Shown here: one piece after another, positions 1 to 9,954 of the stretch
Layout: every line of letters starts with the position of its first letter
How positions within the stretch are numbered: position 1 is the stretch's first letter
Sequence record: DRR723986_8408
Strand: one strand, 5' to 3'
Length of the DNA: 62,943 bases
Notes under the pieces: model-generated
Seen by the model: only the letters and a program-made list of their open reading frames with translations
What the model was told of the DNA's origin: nothing
Databases searched by the model: none
Program-made: the position numbers and the translations under genes

Positions 1-1026
1 CGCCTGGCGAATCCACCAGGTGGCGTAAGTCGAGAACTTGAAGCCTCGCTCGTACTCAAACTTATCAACCGCTCGCATCAGACCCGTGTTGCCTTCTTGG
101 ATCAAGTCAAGGAAGCTTAGGCCACGGTTGCGGTACTTCTTGGCAATCGAAACTACCAGACGTAGGTTACCGGCACTCAACTCTCGCTTTGCCGCATCGT
201 AGTAGACGCGGTACTCAGCAACGCGGTCGACGCGTCGAGCCAGCGTCTTCGGGCTTTCGTAGGTGATTCGCATCAGGTAACGAAGCTCTTCGAGCAACTG
301 CTCCAGCGACTGTCCGTCGACGTAACCCGATTCACGAGCGACTTCGATTTGGTTCTTCAGGGTTCGCATGCGGGAGTCGATCGCGTGCAGCTTCTCGAAC
401 AATGGCTCTAGGCGATTTGTTCGGAGGTTCATTTCTTCGACCAGACGAACTGCTCGGTTGCGACGACGTGTTAGGCGAATCCACGCTTCGTGCCGAGTCG
501 CTTCGGGAAGTCGACGGTTGATGGCGACAAAGTAGTCGTGGTGGTTCAGGATCAGGAGATGGCGAAGCGTGTTGATGTTTGGCACGATTCGCTTCATGAT
601 CGCTTTCTTCTCAGCCGCGTTGGTAACGCTAACTTCGATGGTGCGGTCAAGGCGGAGCTTGCTGTCGCGAACTTGCTCAAGCAACTTGCAAGCACCTTGA
701 AGCATGAAGTCGGTTGCCAGCATCCAGTGACGATATTTGCTGCGAGTTCGCTCGATCTTCTTAGCCGAAGTGATTTCTTCGTCTCGGGTCAGCAATGGGA
801 TTTGGCCCATTTGCATCAGGTACATCCGCACGGGATCGTCGGTGCTTTCCACTTCCTCGGTCAGCTCTTCCAGGTCGCCCTCTTCGATCAGGTCAGCGTC
901 GAGCTCTTCGTCGTCAATTCGGTTAGTGGATTCGAATTGTGTTCGGCCCGAGAAGTCTTGTGCTTCCATGACATCGAAATCGTTGTCGGTCGAACTGGCG
1001 GGACGGTTTCTGTAGCTCTTCTTCAT
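1..1026 (-). CDS. RNA polymerase sigma-70 factor, RpoD-like paralogue (3' end runs off the window)
   Basis: Missing from the ORF track because it has no stop codon in the window. Manual translation from the ATG at 1026 (AGAAGG upstream) gives region 1.2 [18 protein letters not shown] and region 2 [57 protein letters not shown]. Confidence 0.95.
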   Translation of the reverse strand, partial: MKKSYRNRPASSTDNDFDVMEAQDFSGRTQFESTNRIDDEELDADLIEEGDLEELTEEVESTDDPVRMYLMQMGQIPLLTRDEEITSAKKIERTRSKYRHWMLATDFMLQGACKLLEQVRDSKLRLDRTIEVSVTNAAEKKAIMKRIVPNINTLRHLLILNHHDYFVAINRRLPEATRHEAWIRLTRRRNRAVRLVEEMNLRTNRLEPLFEKLHAIDSRMRTLKNQIEVARESGYVDGQSLEQLLEELRYLMRITYESPKTLARRVDRVAEYRVYYDAAKRELSAGNLRLVVSIAKKYRNRGLSFLDLIQEGNTGLMRAVDKFEYERGFKFSTYATWWIRQA

Positions 1027-1116
1027 GATGGCGACCTTCTCTGTAGCGTGAGTTGGTGGTGCTCCGTGAGCTGAGCCGCGTTAGCTTCAGCTCCCGTGCG
1101 GGACGATTCCAAGTAG

Positions 1117-1134
1117 AAGCAGAGCGGGTGCCAA
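1117..1134 (-). promoter_or_regulatory. putative sigma54 (-24/-12) promoter for the RpoD paralogue
   Basis: The minus strand reads TTGGCACCCGCTCTGCTT, with exact GG-N10-GC spacing and a close match to TGGCAC-N5-TTGCW. It lies about 90 nt upstream of the ATG. Confidence 0.65.
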
Positions 1135-1221
1135 ACCTTCGAAAGTGGTCCTCGTATTGTTCGCAAGTTGTTTCCAGTTAATGACTTAGGCATTGGGGCA
1201 GGTGCAGGGCAGTTGGGGCCA

Positions 1222-1241
1222 ATGTTGCAATTGGTCAACAT
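1222..1241. promoter_or_regulatory. palindromic site, candidate enhancer (UAS) for a sigma54 activator
   Basis: ATGTTG-CAATTGGT-CAACAT dyad about 90-110 bp upstream of the -24 element. Confidence 0.35.
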
Positions 1242-1397
1242 CTGTGATGCAACAGGCAACGTTTTGTTTCCTAAAATCAACATTTTGCCTGTTGAACATC
1301 GACCGCAGTTGATTACCACCAGTTCACTCGCCCCGGCGAGTACCGTAGGCTGGGCGAACCCCGGAGAGCGGGCATTGGATCCTTCCTGCGCCACAAG

Positions 1398-1472
1398 GCA
1401 GGGTGGGTGAAACCCACCAGAGAGCGGGTATTGGGGCGGTTCGTACACGAAAGACGCTTTGGTGGGTTTCAC
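1398..1472. repeat. REP doublet (REPIN-like), degenerate copy
   Basis: GCAGGGTGGGTGAAACCCACC, a 42-nt spacer, then GGTGGGTTTCAC. Near-identical to 2304..2387. A further partial copy lies at 1345..1378. Confidence 0.8.
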
Positions 1473-1534
1473 AAACCCAAGTTTTTGACGAGCAACGTCA
1501 GTGGGTGCGTGAGACAGAGAAGTAGAGAGAAGAG

Positions 1535-2269
1535 ATGTATAGGAAATACAGTTTGGCCGGACGTCTGACACGCTCGACCGTTTGCTGCTGCACCTTGATG
1601 GTGTTCATAGCGTGGCCCAACCTCGGATTCGCTCAACCCGCAAAGCCTCCCACTGAAGGCAACGAGAAAACGCATGCCAGGAAGATGGCGGAAACGGCCA
1701 AGCAAAGGGCCGAAAAGGCCTTCAACGCAGCTTTTTTTCCACCGGTTAGCAAGAAAAGGTTGGACAACCAGCCAGCAAGCGACGGCACGAAAACGCCTGA
1801 ACAAGGTACTGCACACAACGCCACAGGCTCTCCGCCTGAAACCAAGCCCACCGAGGTAGCCTTCATCACACTGCTAACAAACGACGGTCAGCGGCAGGGA
1901 GCGGGCGGCGATATGTTCGTTAAGCTGTTTCGAGACCGCCGTATGGTCGTAACGTACGAGGGTTGCTTCTCTGTTGAATCTTACCGTGGCAAGTTCAGCT
2001 TCAACGACAAGGGTGAAATCATCATCGAAGAAGATGGTATCGCCTGGCCACCAAGTCGTTGGCGGAATGACGGCGGGCAACTTGTCATTGAAGCGCCGAC
2101 GAAGGAGGCGTTCTTTGCCAAGGCACGCGAAGTTGGCATTGCCGAAGAATTGCTGAAAGAAGAAGAAGCGTACGATATTGGCTATGGCGACTGGCCATTA
2201 CGCGAATACATACCAGAGAGGAAAAACGAGAAGAGAAGTTCGAAAAGCGTGTCGAAGACTAATCGATGA
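1535..2269 (+). CDS. hypothetical exported protein
   Basis: 244-aa ORF with a purine-rich upstream region, a signal-peptide-like N-terminus (ending GFA-Q), a Pro/Lys/Thr-rich linker and a beta-rich C-terminal domain. Confidence 0.7.
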   Translation: MYRKYSLAGRLTRSTVCCCTLMVFIAWPNLGFAQPAKPPTEGNEKTHARKMAETAKQRAEKAFNAAFFPPVSKKRLDNQPASDGTKTPEQGTAHNATGSPPETKPTEVAFITLLTNDGQRQGAGGDMFVKLFRDRRMVVTYEGCFSVESYRGKFSFNDKGEIIIEEDGIAWPPSRWRNDGGQLVIEAPTKEAFFAKAREVGIAEELLKEEEAYDIGYGDWPLREYIPERKNEKRSSKSVSKTNR

Positions 2270-2303
2270 GCCACAGCGTAGCGTAGGGCAACTGCGCGGC
2301 AAC

Positions 2304-2387
2304 GTAGGGTGGGTGAAACCCACCAGATAGCGGGCATTGGGGCGATTCGTACACGGAAGACGCGTCGGTGGGTTTCACCCACCCTAC
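2304..2387. repeat. REP doublet (REPIN-like), GTAG family
   Basis: Perfect 21-bp inverted repeats GTAGGGTGGGTGAAACCCACC (2304-2324) and GGTGGGTTTCACCCACCCTAC (2367-2387). Each unit is GTAG followed by a hairpin. Confidence 0.9.
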
Positions 2388-2496
2388 AATTTGGAGCGGT
2401 TACCGAGCAGACTTTGGTGGTTTTTCCGACCCGACAATTTCGAGGTTTGCTTCACTTCGAGAACGCAAAAAGAGTCAACGATTAGGAGAGCAGAGA

Positions 2497-2901
2497 GTGA
2501 GTGATTCCGGACGTATCGAGTACAAAGCCGTGCTGATTGCTCCGGTGCTGGCTTTTGCCTTTTCGTTGCTACTGGCTGTCGCTGCTGGGATCTTCCTAGG
2601 GATTTTCGGAAGTTTTTTCCTTGGCGAAGCTGAGGAATCGTCGCTGGTTTTCGACCTGATTTTCGTCGCTATGTTCGTGCTGCCTGCGTACTTCCTTTGC
2701 GGGTTCATTTCCGCCAAACTTGCGAGTGGCCGTTTCTTGTTGCACGCCTTAATTGCCGGAACACTTCTTTTAATTGCCAATGTGGCCATGTCATTTCCTG
2801 GCGACCCGGAAGATCCATTCTCTCTTCTGGACGCCCTATGCTTTGCTTCGATCGTGCCACTATCCGTCCTCGGCAGCAAGTTTGGCCAACCTAGGGCTTA
2901 G
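2497..2901 (+). CDS. small hypothetical membrane protein (~4 TM)
   Basis: Four hydrophobic segments. Start moved to GTG 2497, after AGGAG, because the ORF-track start at 2368 lies inside the REP. Confidence 0.75.
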   Translation: MSDSGRIEYKAVLIAPVLAFAFSLLLAVAAGIFLGIFGSFFLGEAEESSLVFDLIFVAMFVLPAYFLCGFISAKLASGRFLLHALIAGTLLLIANVAMSFPGDPEDPFSLLDALCFASIVPLSVLGSKFGQPRA

Positions 2902-3115
2902 GCACGCTCAGAAACGGCAGCTCCGAATCGTCGCCCGCAAGCGATCGATCGGTGGAATCTTGCCTCAGCTTCAAAACTCTCAGCGCCCCCGGTCAGCCAC
3001 AGGCTCTGCGTTGGGTTAGAATGGTTGAGTTCATGATGTTAGCAATGCATCAGAACCGCAATGAAGCCTGCCGCAGGCTGATCCTACCGCCTGACCATCG
3101 AGAACTGTTCACTCA

Positions 3116-6100
3116 ATGCTCCTACCTAGATTTGCGATATTTTCCGTCGCACTGATCGCACTCATCCCTTTCTTTGCTGCGCCGAGCAGGGCCGAAGACC
3201 AGGCGGATGGCAAGGTTGATTTCGCCACTCAAATCCGCCCACTGCTGTCCGACCGCTGTTTCCTGTGCCATGGACCAGCCGCGGAAAGTCGCGCAACGGA
3301 TCTACGGCTCGACGAGTCCGACAGCGCCTACGATCTTGCTATTGAGCCAGGCGACATTGAAGCGAGTGAGTTGATCGCTCGCATTACGAGCGACGATCCC
3401 GACGAGCAAATGCCGCCACCGGAATCCAATCTTTCGATGTCACCGGCCGAGATTGATTTGCTGACGCGTTGGGTACGCGAAGGAGCTGAGTACGAGGGGC
3501 ATTGGGCTTTTCAGACGCCGATTCGACCTGATGTTCCCTCGCCAGAACTAAGTGATTGGCCTCGAACCCCGATTGACGCGTTTGTCTTGCAGCGACTCGA
3601 GGAAGAAAACCTCGCACCACGCACTCCAGCGCCGCCAGAAACCCAACTTCGCCGTTTGGCCATCGACCTGACCGGCCTTCCACCGACACTGGAAGAACTA
3701 GACGCCTTCACCGCAGACCACAGCGACGCAGCTTATGAACATTGGGTGGATACCTATCTGAGCCGATCGTCCTTCGGAGAAAAGTGGGCCATCGACTGGT
3801 TGGATGTAGCTCGCTACGCCGACACCTACGGCTATCAAAACGACCGGTATCGGGCCATGTGGCCCTGGCGCGATTGGGTCGTTTCAGCACTTAACGACAA
3901 CTTGCCCTACGATCAATTCATTACGTGGCAGCTTGCCGGCGACTTGCTTCCCGACGCAACGCAAGAACAAATACTTGCCACGGCATTCAATCGCAACCAC
4001 AGGCAAACAAATGAAGGTGGCAGCGTTGAAGAGGAGTTCCGCGCCGAATATGTAGCCGACCGCGTGAACACTTTTGGGGCTGCTTTCTTGGGCCTCACAC
4101 TCGAATGCTGCCGCTGCCACGACCACAAGTATGATCCCGTGTCGCAGGCCGACTATTATTCACTCAGCGCGTTCTTCAACAGCATCGATGAATCTGGCCT
4201 GTACTCCCACTTCAACGACTCGGTCCCAACGCCGACGCTGCGACTCGATGACGAAAAGCTACGGGCGAGCGAGGCCGCACTTGAGCAAAAGATTGCATCG
4301 ACCGAGCGGCAGCTTGACGAGCAACGTGCTAGCACCAGTCGAGCGGACTTTGAGCAATGGCTCCACACCTTGACTGATGTTCGGCCCCGCAAGCAGCCTG
4401 CTCAAGCCGAGACGACTGGCGCAAACGAGGTCACCGAGCCCTCGGCAAGTCTTGTCGCTGAGCTAGATACGGCCAGCTCGGACGGCTTGGTTGCTCACCT
4501 GAGCTTTGAGAGGCTAGACGGAAACAAACTGCCCAACGAAGTTACCGACGCTGCAGAAGCCAAGCTGACCGATGCACCGAAACAGACCACAGGGCAGCTC
4601 GGACAAGCCTTGGCTCTTGATGGTGAAGATGGTTTCACGCTGAAGCCCGGTGGTGAGATAACCCGAAACGACCCGTTCAGCATTCAATTCTGGATACGTT
4701 CACCGGAGCAATTCGAACGGGCGGTAGTCCTACACCGCTCTCGGGCTTGGACGGATTCGGGCAGTCGCGGGTTCGAACTACTCATCGAGGAAGGAAAGCT
4801 CAGTTTTGCACTCATCCACTTCTGGCCAGGAAACGCAGCACGCATACGAGCCCACGATATTGTGCCGACCAACCAGTGGAAACACATAACACTGACTTAC
4901 GATGGATCGAGTCGCGCGGACGGCATGGGGATTTATGTCGATGGCCGCCCAGTCGACGTTGAAGTCGTTCGCGACAGCCTGAGCAATCAGATCACCGGCG
5001 TCACCAAAGAACTGGCTTTTGGCAATCGCTTTCGCGACGTTGGGTTCAAAGGCGGAGCGGTTGATGAAGTTCGCGTCTACAAGCGAAGGCTCGCAGCTCT
5101 TGAGATTCGGTACCACTACCTTCGGGAAGCACTGCCGGAGAACGTGGCGGAATGGATCCACAACCTGCCCGACGACCAGCTTCGCAACTATTTTGCACAG
5201 AAGCAAACGGACGCAAAAGCACTTGTGAACAAGCTACATGAGCTTCGCTCGCAGCGAAGCAAGTTGGTCGATCCAGTGCCGTTGGTCATGGTGATGAAGG
5301 AACTGCCGCAGCCGCGCCAGGCGCATGTGCTGATTCGAGGCGCGTATGACTCCATTGGCCCGCCCGTGCAACGCAATGTTCCTCAAGCAGTTTTCCAAGC
5401 CGATTTTCCGACCAATCCCACTCGCTTGGATTTGGCGAAGTGGCTGACCGATCCGAAACACCCACTGACATCGCGAGTTGCGGTAAATCGAATCTGGCAG
5501 AGTCTTTTTGGAACGGGCCTGGTGGCCACAAGTGAAGACTTTGGGCTGCAGGGCAGCGCACCAACGCACTCCGAGCTGTTGGACTGGCTGGCAACTGATT
5601 TTGTTGACAGCGGCTGGGACACCAAACGGCTCATCAAGCAGATGGTGATGAGTGCCACATATCGCCAATCGTCCGATCCAACTAAGAAGCTCCTGACGTT
5701 CGACCCCGAGAACCGCTTGCTCGCAAGAGGCCCGGCGGTTCGCCTGTCGGCCGAAGCGCTGCGAGATTCAGCCTTGTCCTCTGCCGGCATCCTGGTCGAT
5801 CGCGTCGGCGGCCCGGCGGTCAAGCCTTATCAACCGGCCGGACTCTGGAAAGAGAAATCGGGCAAGGTCTACAGCAGAGACAAAGGTGAAGGCAGTCGAC
5901 GAAAGAGCTTGTATACGTACTGGAAGCGCACAAGCCCGCCTCCGTCGATGATGACATTCGATGCAAGCAATCGTGAGGTGTGCGTTGTACGGCGACAGCC
6001 CACCATGACGCCCATGCAGACACTGGTCCTACTGAATGACCCGCAGTACGTAGAAGCGGCTCGCGCGTTGGCCGATCGAGTCATGAAGACATCGGACGAT

Positions 6101-6445
6101 TCCCGTGAACAGTTGACCACCATGTTCCGCTTGCTCACATCGCGGCAGCCGAATTCCGACGAAGTGGCCGCACTCCAGCAAATCTATGCCGGACAGCGCG
6201 ACTATTTCGCTAGACTGCCCGATGAGCGTGACGCATTCTTGAAGATCGGCGACTACCGATCCCCGGTGCAATCTGCGGATTCCAAAGAAGCGCCGACAGC
6301 AGATTCAGTGGCGGACAATGACGCCAACTCACAAGTGACAACTCCAGCAGACCCAACGATCGAGCAGCAGCTCAACCAGCTAGCTGGCTTAGCAGCGGTC
6401 GCTGGCGGCATGATGAGCCACGATGAATTCGTGATGAAGAGATAA
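3116..6445 (+). CDS. planctomycete cytochrome c protein, DUF1549/DUF1553 with LamG-like insert
   Basis: Signal peptide, CxxCH motifs ([17 protein letters not shown]), [34 protein letters not shown], and a central concanavalin/LamG-like region ([10 protein letters not shown]). Confidence 0.93.
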   Translation: MLLPRFAIFSVALIALIPFFAAPSRAEDQADGKVDFATQIRPLLSDRCFLCHGPAAESRATDLRLDESDSAYDLAIEPGDIEASELIARITSDDPDEQMPPPESNLSMSPAEIDLLTRWVREGAEYEGHWAFQTPIRPDVPSPELSDWPRTPIDAFVLQRLEEENLAPRTPAPPETQLRRLAIDLTGLPPTLEELDAFTADHSDAAYEHWVDTYLSRSSFGEKWAIDWLDVARYADTYGYQNDRYRAMWPWRDWVVSALNDNLPYDQFITWQLAGDLLPDATQEQILATAFNRNHRQTNEGGSVEEEFRAEYVADRVNTFGAAFLGLTLECCRCHDHKYDPVSQADYYSLSAFFNSIDESGLYSHFNDSVPTPTLRLDDEKLRASEAALEQKIASTERQLDEQRASTSRADFEQWLHTLTDVRPRKQPAQAETTGANEVTEPSASLVAELDTASSDGLVAHLSFERLDGNKLPNEVTDAAEAKLTDAPKQTTGQLGQALALDGEDGFTLKPGGEITRNDPFSIQFWIRSPEQFERAVVLHRSRAWTDSGSRGFELLIEEGKLSFALIHFWPGNAARIRAHDIVPTNQWKHITLTYDGSSRADGMGIYVDGRPVDVEVVRDSLSNQITGVTKELAFGNRFRDVGFKGGAVDEVRVYKRRLAALEIRYHYLREALPENVAEWIHNLPDDQLRNYFAQKQTDAKALVNKLHELRSQRSKLVDPVPLVMVMKELPQPRQAHVLIRGAYDSIGPPVQRNVPQAVFQADFPTNPTRLDLAKWLTDPKHPLTSRVAVNRIWQSLFGTGLVATSEDFGLQGSAPTHSELLDWLATDFVDSGWDTKRLIKQMVMSATYRQSSDPTKKLLTFDPENRLLARGPAVRLSAEALRDSALSSAGILVDRVGGPAVKPYQPAGLWKEKSGKVYSRDKGEGSRRKSLYTYWKRTSPPPSMMTFDASNREVCVVRRQPTMTPMQTLVLLNDPQYVEAARALADRVMKTSDDSREQLTTMFRLLTSRQPNSDEVAALQQIYAGQRDYFARLPDERDAFLKIGDYRSPVQSADSKEAPTADSVADNDANSQVTTPADPTIEQQLNQLAGLAAVAGGMMSHDEFVMKR

Positions 6446-6452
6446 CAGAGAA

Positions 6453-7919
6453 ATGCTTGAAGAAAAACAATCCATGCTACGCCGTCACTTCTTCGGAACG
6501 TCGTCGAGCGGCATTGGTACCATTGCACTAGCAAACCTGCTTGGCCAACCACGGGCTCGAGCTGGCGAGAGTGCAAACGGGCCATCGGCGGAGTTGGCGG
6601 TCGGCAAGGGAGCACACCTGCAAGCACTGCACCACGCTCCCCAAGCGAAGCGGATTGTCTACCTTTTCATGAGCGGTGGTCCATCCCAAATGGAACTTTG
6701 GGACTACAAACCACAACTCAACAAAGACCACGGCACGGAATTGCCCGACAGTGTTCGTCGCGGGCAACGCCTCACCGGTATGAGCGGTAATCAAGCATCG
6801 TTGCCGGTTGCTGGCAGCAAGTTCAAGTTTGAGCAGCACGGTGAGAGCGGGACGTGGGTTAGCGAACTGTTGCCACACACCGCCAAAATCGTTGATGACA
6901 TATCGGTGATTAAGAGCGTTTACACAGAGGCGATCAACCACGATCCGGCCATAACGTTTATGCAAACCGGAGCGCAGATCGCCGGACGCCCTTCCCTGGG
7001 AGCGTGGCTCGACTACGGCCTTGGCACGGTGAACGAGGACCTGCCCAGTTTCTGCGTCTTGGTGACCAAAGACAAAGGTGGACAGCCGCTTTATTCACGT
7101 TTATGGGGAAGTGGTTTTCTGCCTGCACAGCACCAGGGTGTCCAGTTTAGAGCTGGCCGTGAGCCCGTGCTCTACCTAAACAATCCAGATGGGATCTCGC
7201 GCACCTCACGCCGCGAACTGCTCGACGGCATCAATCGTTTGCATAAACTTTCGCTCGAGAAACGCCTTGATCCCGTGATCGAACAGCGTATTGCTCAATC
7301 CGAGATGGCATTCCGGATGCAGGCGTCGGTTCCTGAAGTGGCCAATCTGCAAGACGAACCGGAGCACATTCGCAAGCTTTACGGGAAAGATGTCGACAAG
7401 CCAGGAACGTTTGCGGCAAACTGTCTGCTCGCTCGGCGGCTTTTACAGCGAGATGTTCGATGCGTCCAATTGTTCCACAAGGGCTGGGACCAGCACGGCG
7501 GATTGCCCGGTGGAATCAGCAACCAATGCAGGGACACCGACCAAGCTTGCGCGGCACTGGTAACCGATTTGAAGCAACAAGGCATGTTGGACGACACTTT
7601 GGTAGTCTGGGGCGGCGAGTTTGGGCGGACGGCTTACTGCCAAGGCAAATTGACGCCGACGAACTACGGACGCGACCACCACCCTCGCTGTTTCAGTATG
7701 TGGATGGCGGGCGGCGGTGTGAAGCCAGGTTTCAGCTTGGGGGCCACCGATGAGTACAGTTACAACATCGTCGATCGTCCGGTGCATGTGCATGACGTAA
7801 ACGCCACCCTGATGCACTTGATGGGGATCGATCACGAGCGGTTGACGTTTCGCTATCAAGGCCGGCGTTTTCGACTGACCGACGTCGAAGGCGAAGTAGT
7901 CCACGAGATCCTCGCCTAG
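6453..7919 (+). CDS. DUF1501 domain protein (Tat-exported)
   Basis: Twin-Arg [19 protein letters not shown] and WGGEFGRT motifs. Usual partner of DUF1553 genes, 7 nt downstream. Confidence 0.93.
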   Translation: MLEEKQSMLRRHFFGTSSSGIGTIALANLLGQPRARAGESANGPSAELAVGKGAHLQALHHAPQAKRIVYLFMSGGPSQMELWDYKPQLNKDHGTELPDSVRRGQRLTGMSGNQASLPVAGSKFKFEQHGESGTWVSELLPHTAKIVDDISVIKSVYTEAINHDPAITFMQTGAQIAGRPSLGAWLDYGLGTVNEDLPSFCVLVTKDKGGQPLYSRLWGSGFLPAQHQGVQFRAGREPVLYLNNPDGISRTSRRELLDGINRLHKLSLEKRLDPVIEQRIAQSEMAFRMQASVPEVANLQDEPEHIRKLYGKDVDKPGTFAANCLLARRLLQRDVRCVQLFHKGWDQHGGLPGGISNQCRDTDQACAALVTDLKQQGMLDDTLVVWGGEFGRTAYCQGKLTPTNYGRDHHPRCFSMWMAGGGVKPGFSLGATDEYSYNIVDRPVHVHDVNATLMHLMGIDHERLTFRYQGRRFRLTDVEGEVVHEILA

Positions 7920-8045
7920 CTCCCGCCTGGGAAAAGTTCTCCTGAACTGCCACCTGGCGTCAAAGAAAATCGGCCGCGCCTGATTGATTTCATCGCTCGC
8001 GTTGCTTGTAATGCACGTTGAAGCACGTCTCAGGAGGGCCAGCAG

Positions 8046-9878
8046 TTGTCGCAACCGTCGAAAATTATCTTGGACGAAGCGTTTCGTGGCGGTGACGGTG
8101 CTTTCCTGCGCGAACTCCGAAAGTTCAATAGTGCTTCCTTCCTTGCCAATTTTGTTGACACTTGGCTCAAAGACGATCGCCCTTGGGCTCGTCAGCAAGT
8201 AATCGATTATGTCCTCGGTGACTTGAATCTGCCCGGACACGAAGTCGTTTTCAAGCGTCTATTCAAGCACTTTGAATCAGCCGCTGACGACGAGGTGATG
8301 TCCAGTTTTATGGTCGCCTTGGATCGACTGGTTCGTCGCCGTCTGGTCCGGCGTTGGGATTATACGACTGGCCGCACAACCGTCCGGCTCTTCGCGGCTC
8401 CGAACAAAACAGTGATGGAGCGCGACGCAAGTTTCAAAGAGGAAACAAATTCTTGGACGGGGCGGAAGTACAAGGTTCTCGTTCCCGCGGTTGTAAACGA
8501 CGGATTCAACAACCTGTTCTCGCAACGGACCCGCAACTATTTGCGGCGGCGGGTGTGGCGATACTTTCGGCAGTTGAGCTTCCGCTCGCCAGAGCGCTAC
8601 CGCGCGGCGATGGTATCCGCACTGAAACTGTACCGCGACACGGACTTTGCACAGGGCGAGAACATCATCGACAATTGGTCGCTAATGCACGCATGCTACT
8701 TTCGTGCACCGGAGTTGCGACCAAGCACGTCGCACGTGCAACTTGTCAGTGGGAAATCTTTGGCGACGTTGACGGCAACCCCTTTTCGTTCAAAAGTCTG
8801 GAATGAATCGGGCGCGTTTGAACCACTGCTAAACTTGCTCACCGTCGCTCAAAGCACTCTGATCAGGGGTTGGGCTTCGGAACTACTCGATCGCGGCCAC
8901 GCCCCTCGCCTGAGCAACATACCGATCGAATTGCTCAGCGATCTGCTGGGGCAGCCAGAGTCTCGGATCCAAGCGTTTTCGACCGCCTTGTTTCAGCGAC
9001 ACGAATCGCTGGCTTCATTGACCGTTTCCCAGTGGCTCGATTTGGTGCACAAAGCGGATCCAAAAGTGCTTTCAACTGTGTGCGACGGCTTGAAGAAACA
9101 CGTTGCCGAAGAGCGTTTGGAGGTGGATCAGCTTGTAGAACTCGCCTTGGCAGCAGCTACACCAGTCGCACAACTAGGACTAGATTTTCTTCAGCAGCGG
9201 CACGAGCGACAATCCCTGCCCAGCGAGAGCCTTCTGCCGTTGGCGGACTTGCAGAGTGAAGCAGTGGCCGACCAAGTGGGCAAGTGGACCGTCGCTATTC
9301 TCGGAACGCCAGACCGGTACGACGTGGAGACAGCGACAAATTTTCTTGATTCACCACTTGAGCCGATTCGCGCTGCCTGGTTTGCTTGGCTCAATCACCC
9401 CGACTCACCGGGAGGCGCCGATGCAACCCTTTGGACTCGCCTGCTGCAATCGCCGTATGATGACATACGCTACAAGATTATCAGAGCCCTTGGAGAATCC
9501 TCCACCAAACGTGGGCGCGATCGAGCTACCAATGCAAACGCAAAGTTTGCCGACGATGCGGCTACCGAAATCGCCCTTGTTGGGGTTTGGAAGAGCGTGT
9601 TGTTCAATGTGCATCGCGGTAGTCGCGTGAAGCCCAAGGCGATCCAGCAAATGACACAGGCCATTGCCGACGTGCCCGCTCGTGCGGAGCAGTTGTTGCC
9701 AATCGTTGCGATTGCGTTGCGAAGCGTCCGATTGCCAGAACGGCATAGCGCGCTGGCCGCAATTGTTACGATGGCTGGTGACGATCCGCAGATGCGCGAG
9801 CAAGTCTCGCTGCACGTTCCAGAGCTTCGCTGGATGAAGGATGGGGAAGCAACCAAGAACCGTGAAGTGTTGGCCTGA
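8046..9878 (+). CDS. hypothetical alpha-helical (ARM/HEAT-like) protein
   Basis: 610-aa Leu/Ala-rich helical ORF with a TTG start after a strong AGGAGG RBS and a conserved-looking block FSQRTRNYLRRRVWRYFRQL. Confidence 0.75.
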   Translation: MSQPSKIILDEAFRGGDGAFLRELRKFNSASFLANFVDTWLKDDRPWARQQVIDYVLGDLNLPGHEVVFKRLFKHFESAADDEVMSSFMVALDRLVRRRLVRRWDYTTGRTTVRLFAAPNKTVMERDASFKEETNSWTGRKYKVLVPAVVNDGFNNLFSQRTRNYLRRRVWRYFRQLSFRSPERYRAAMVSALKLYRDTDFAQGENIIDNWSLMHACYFRAPELRPSTSHVQLVSGKSLATLTATPFRSKVWNESGAFEPLLNLLTVAQSTLIRGWASELLDRGHAPRLSNIPIELLSDLLGQPESRIQAFSTALFQRHESLASLTVSQWLDLVHKADPKVLSTVCDGLKKHVAEERLEVDQLVELALAAATPVAQLGLDFLQQRHERQSLPSESLLPLADLQSEAVADQVGKWTVAILGTPDRYDVETATNFLDSPLEPIRAAWFAWLNHPDSPGGADATLWTRLLQSPYDDIRYKIIRALGESSTKRGRDRATNANAKFADDAATEIALVGVWKSVLFNVHRGSRVKPKAIQQMTQAIADVPARAEQLLPIVAIALRSVRLPERHSALAAIVTMAGDDPQMREQVSLHVPELRWMKDGEATKNREVLA

Positions 9879-9954
9879 CGATCATTTTTTACTGTCAGCA
9901 GCGTTTAGTTAAGATCAGTGTGCCTAGAATCGTTCTGTGAAGGCTGGCTAGTTC

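Noticed and set aside
490-1074. 194-aa + strand ORF
   Set aside because: Antisense shadow of the minus-strand sigma factor gene.
2902-3115. Possible integron attC site after the two orphan genes
   Set aside because: No matching RYYYAAC/GTTRRRY pair with an extended inverted repeat, and no integrase in the window.
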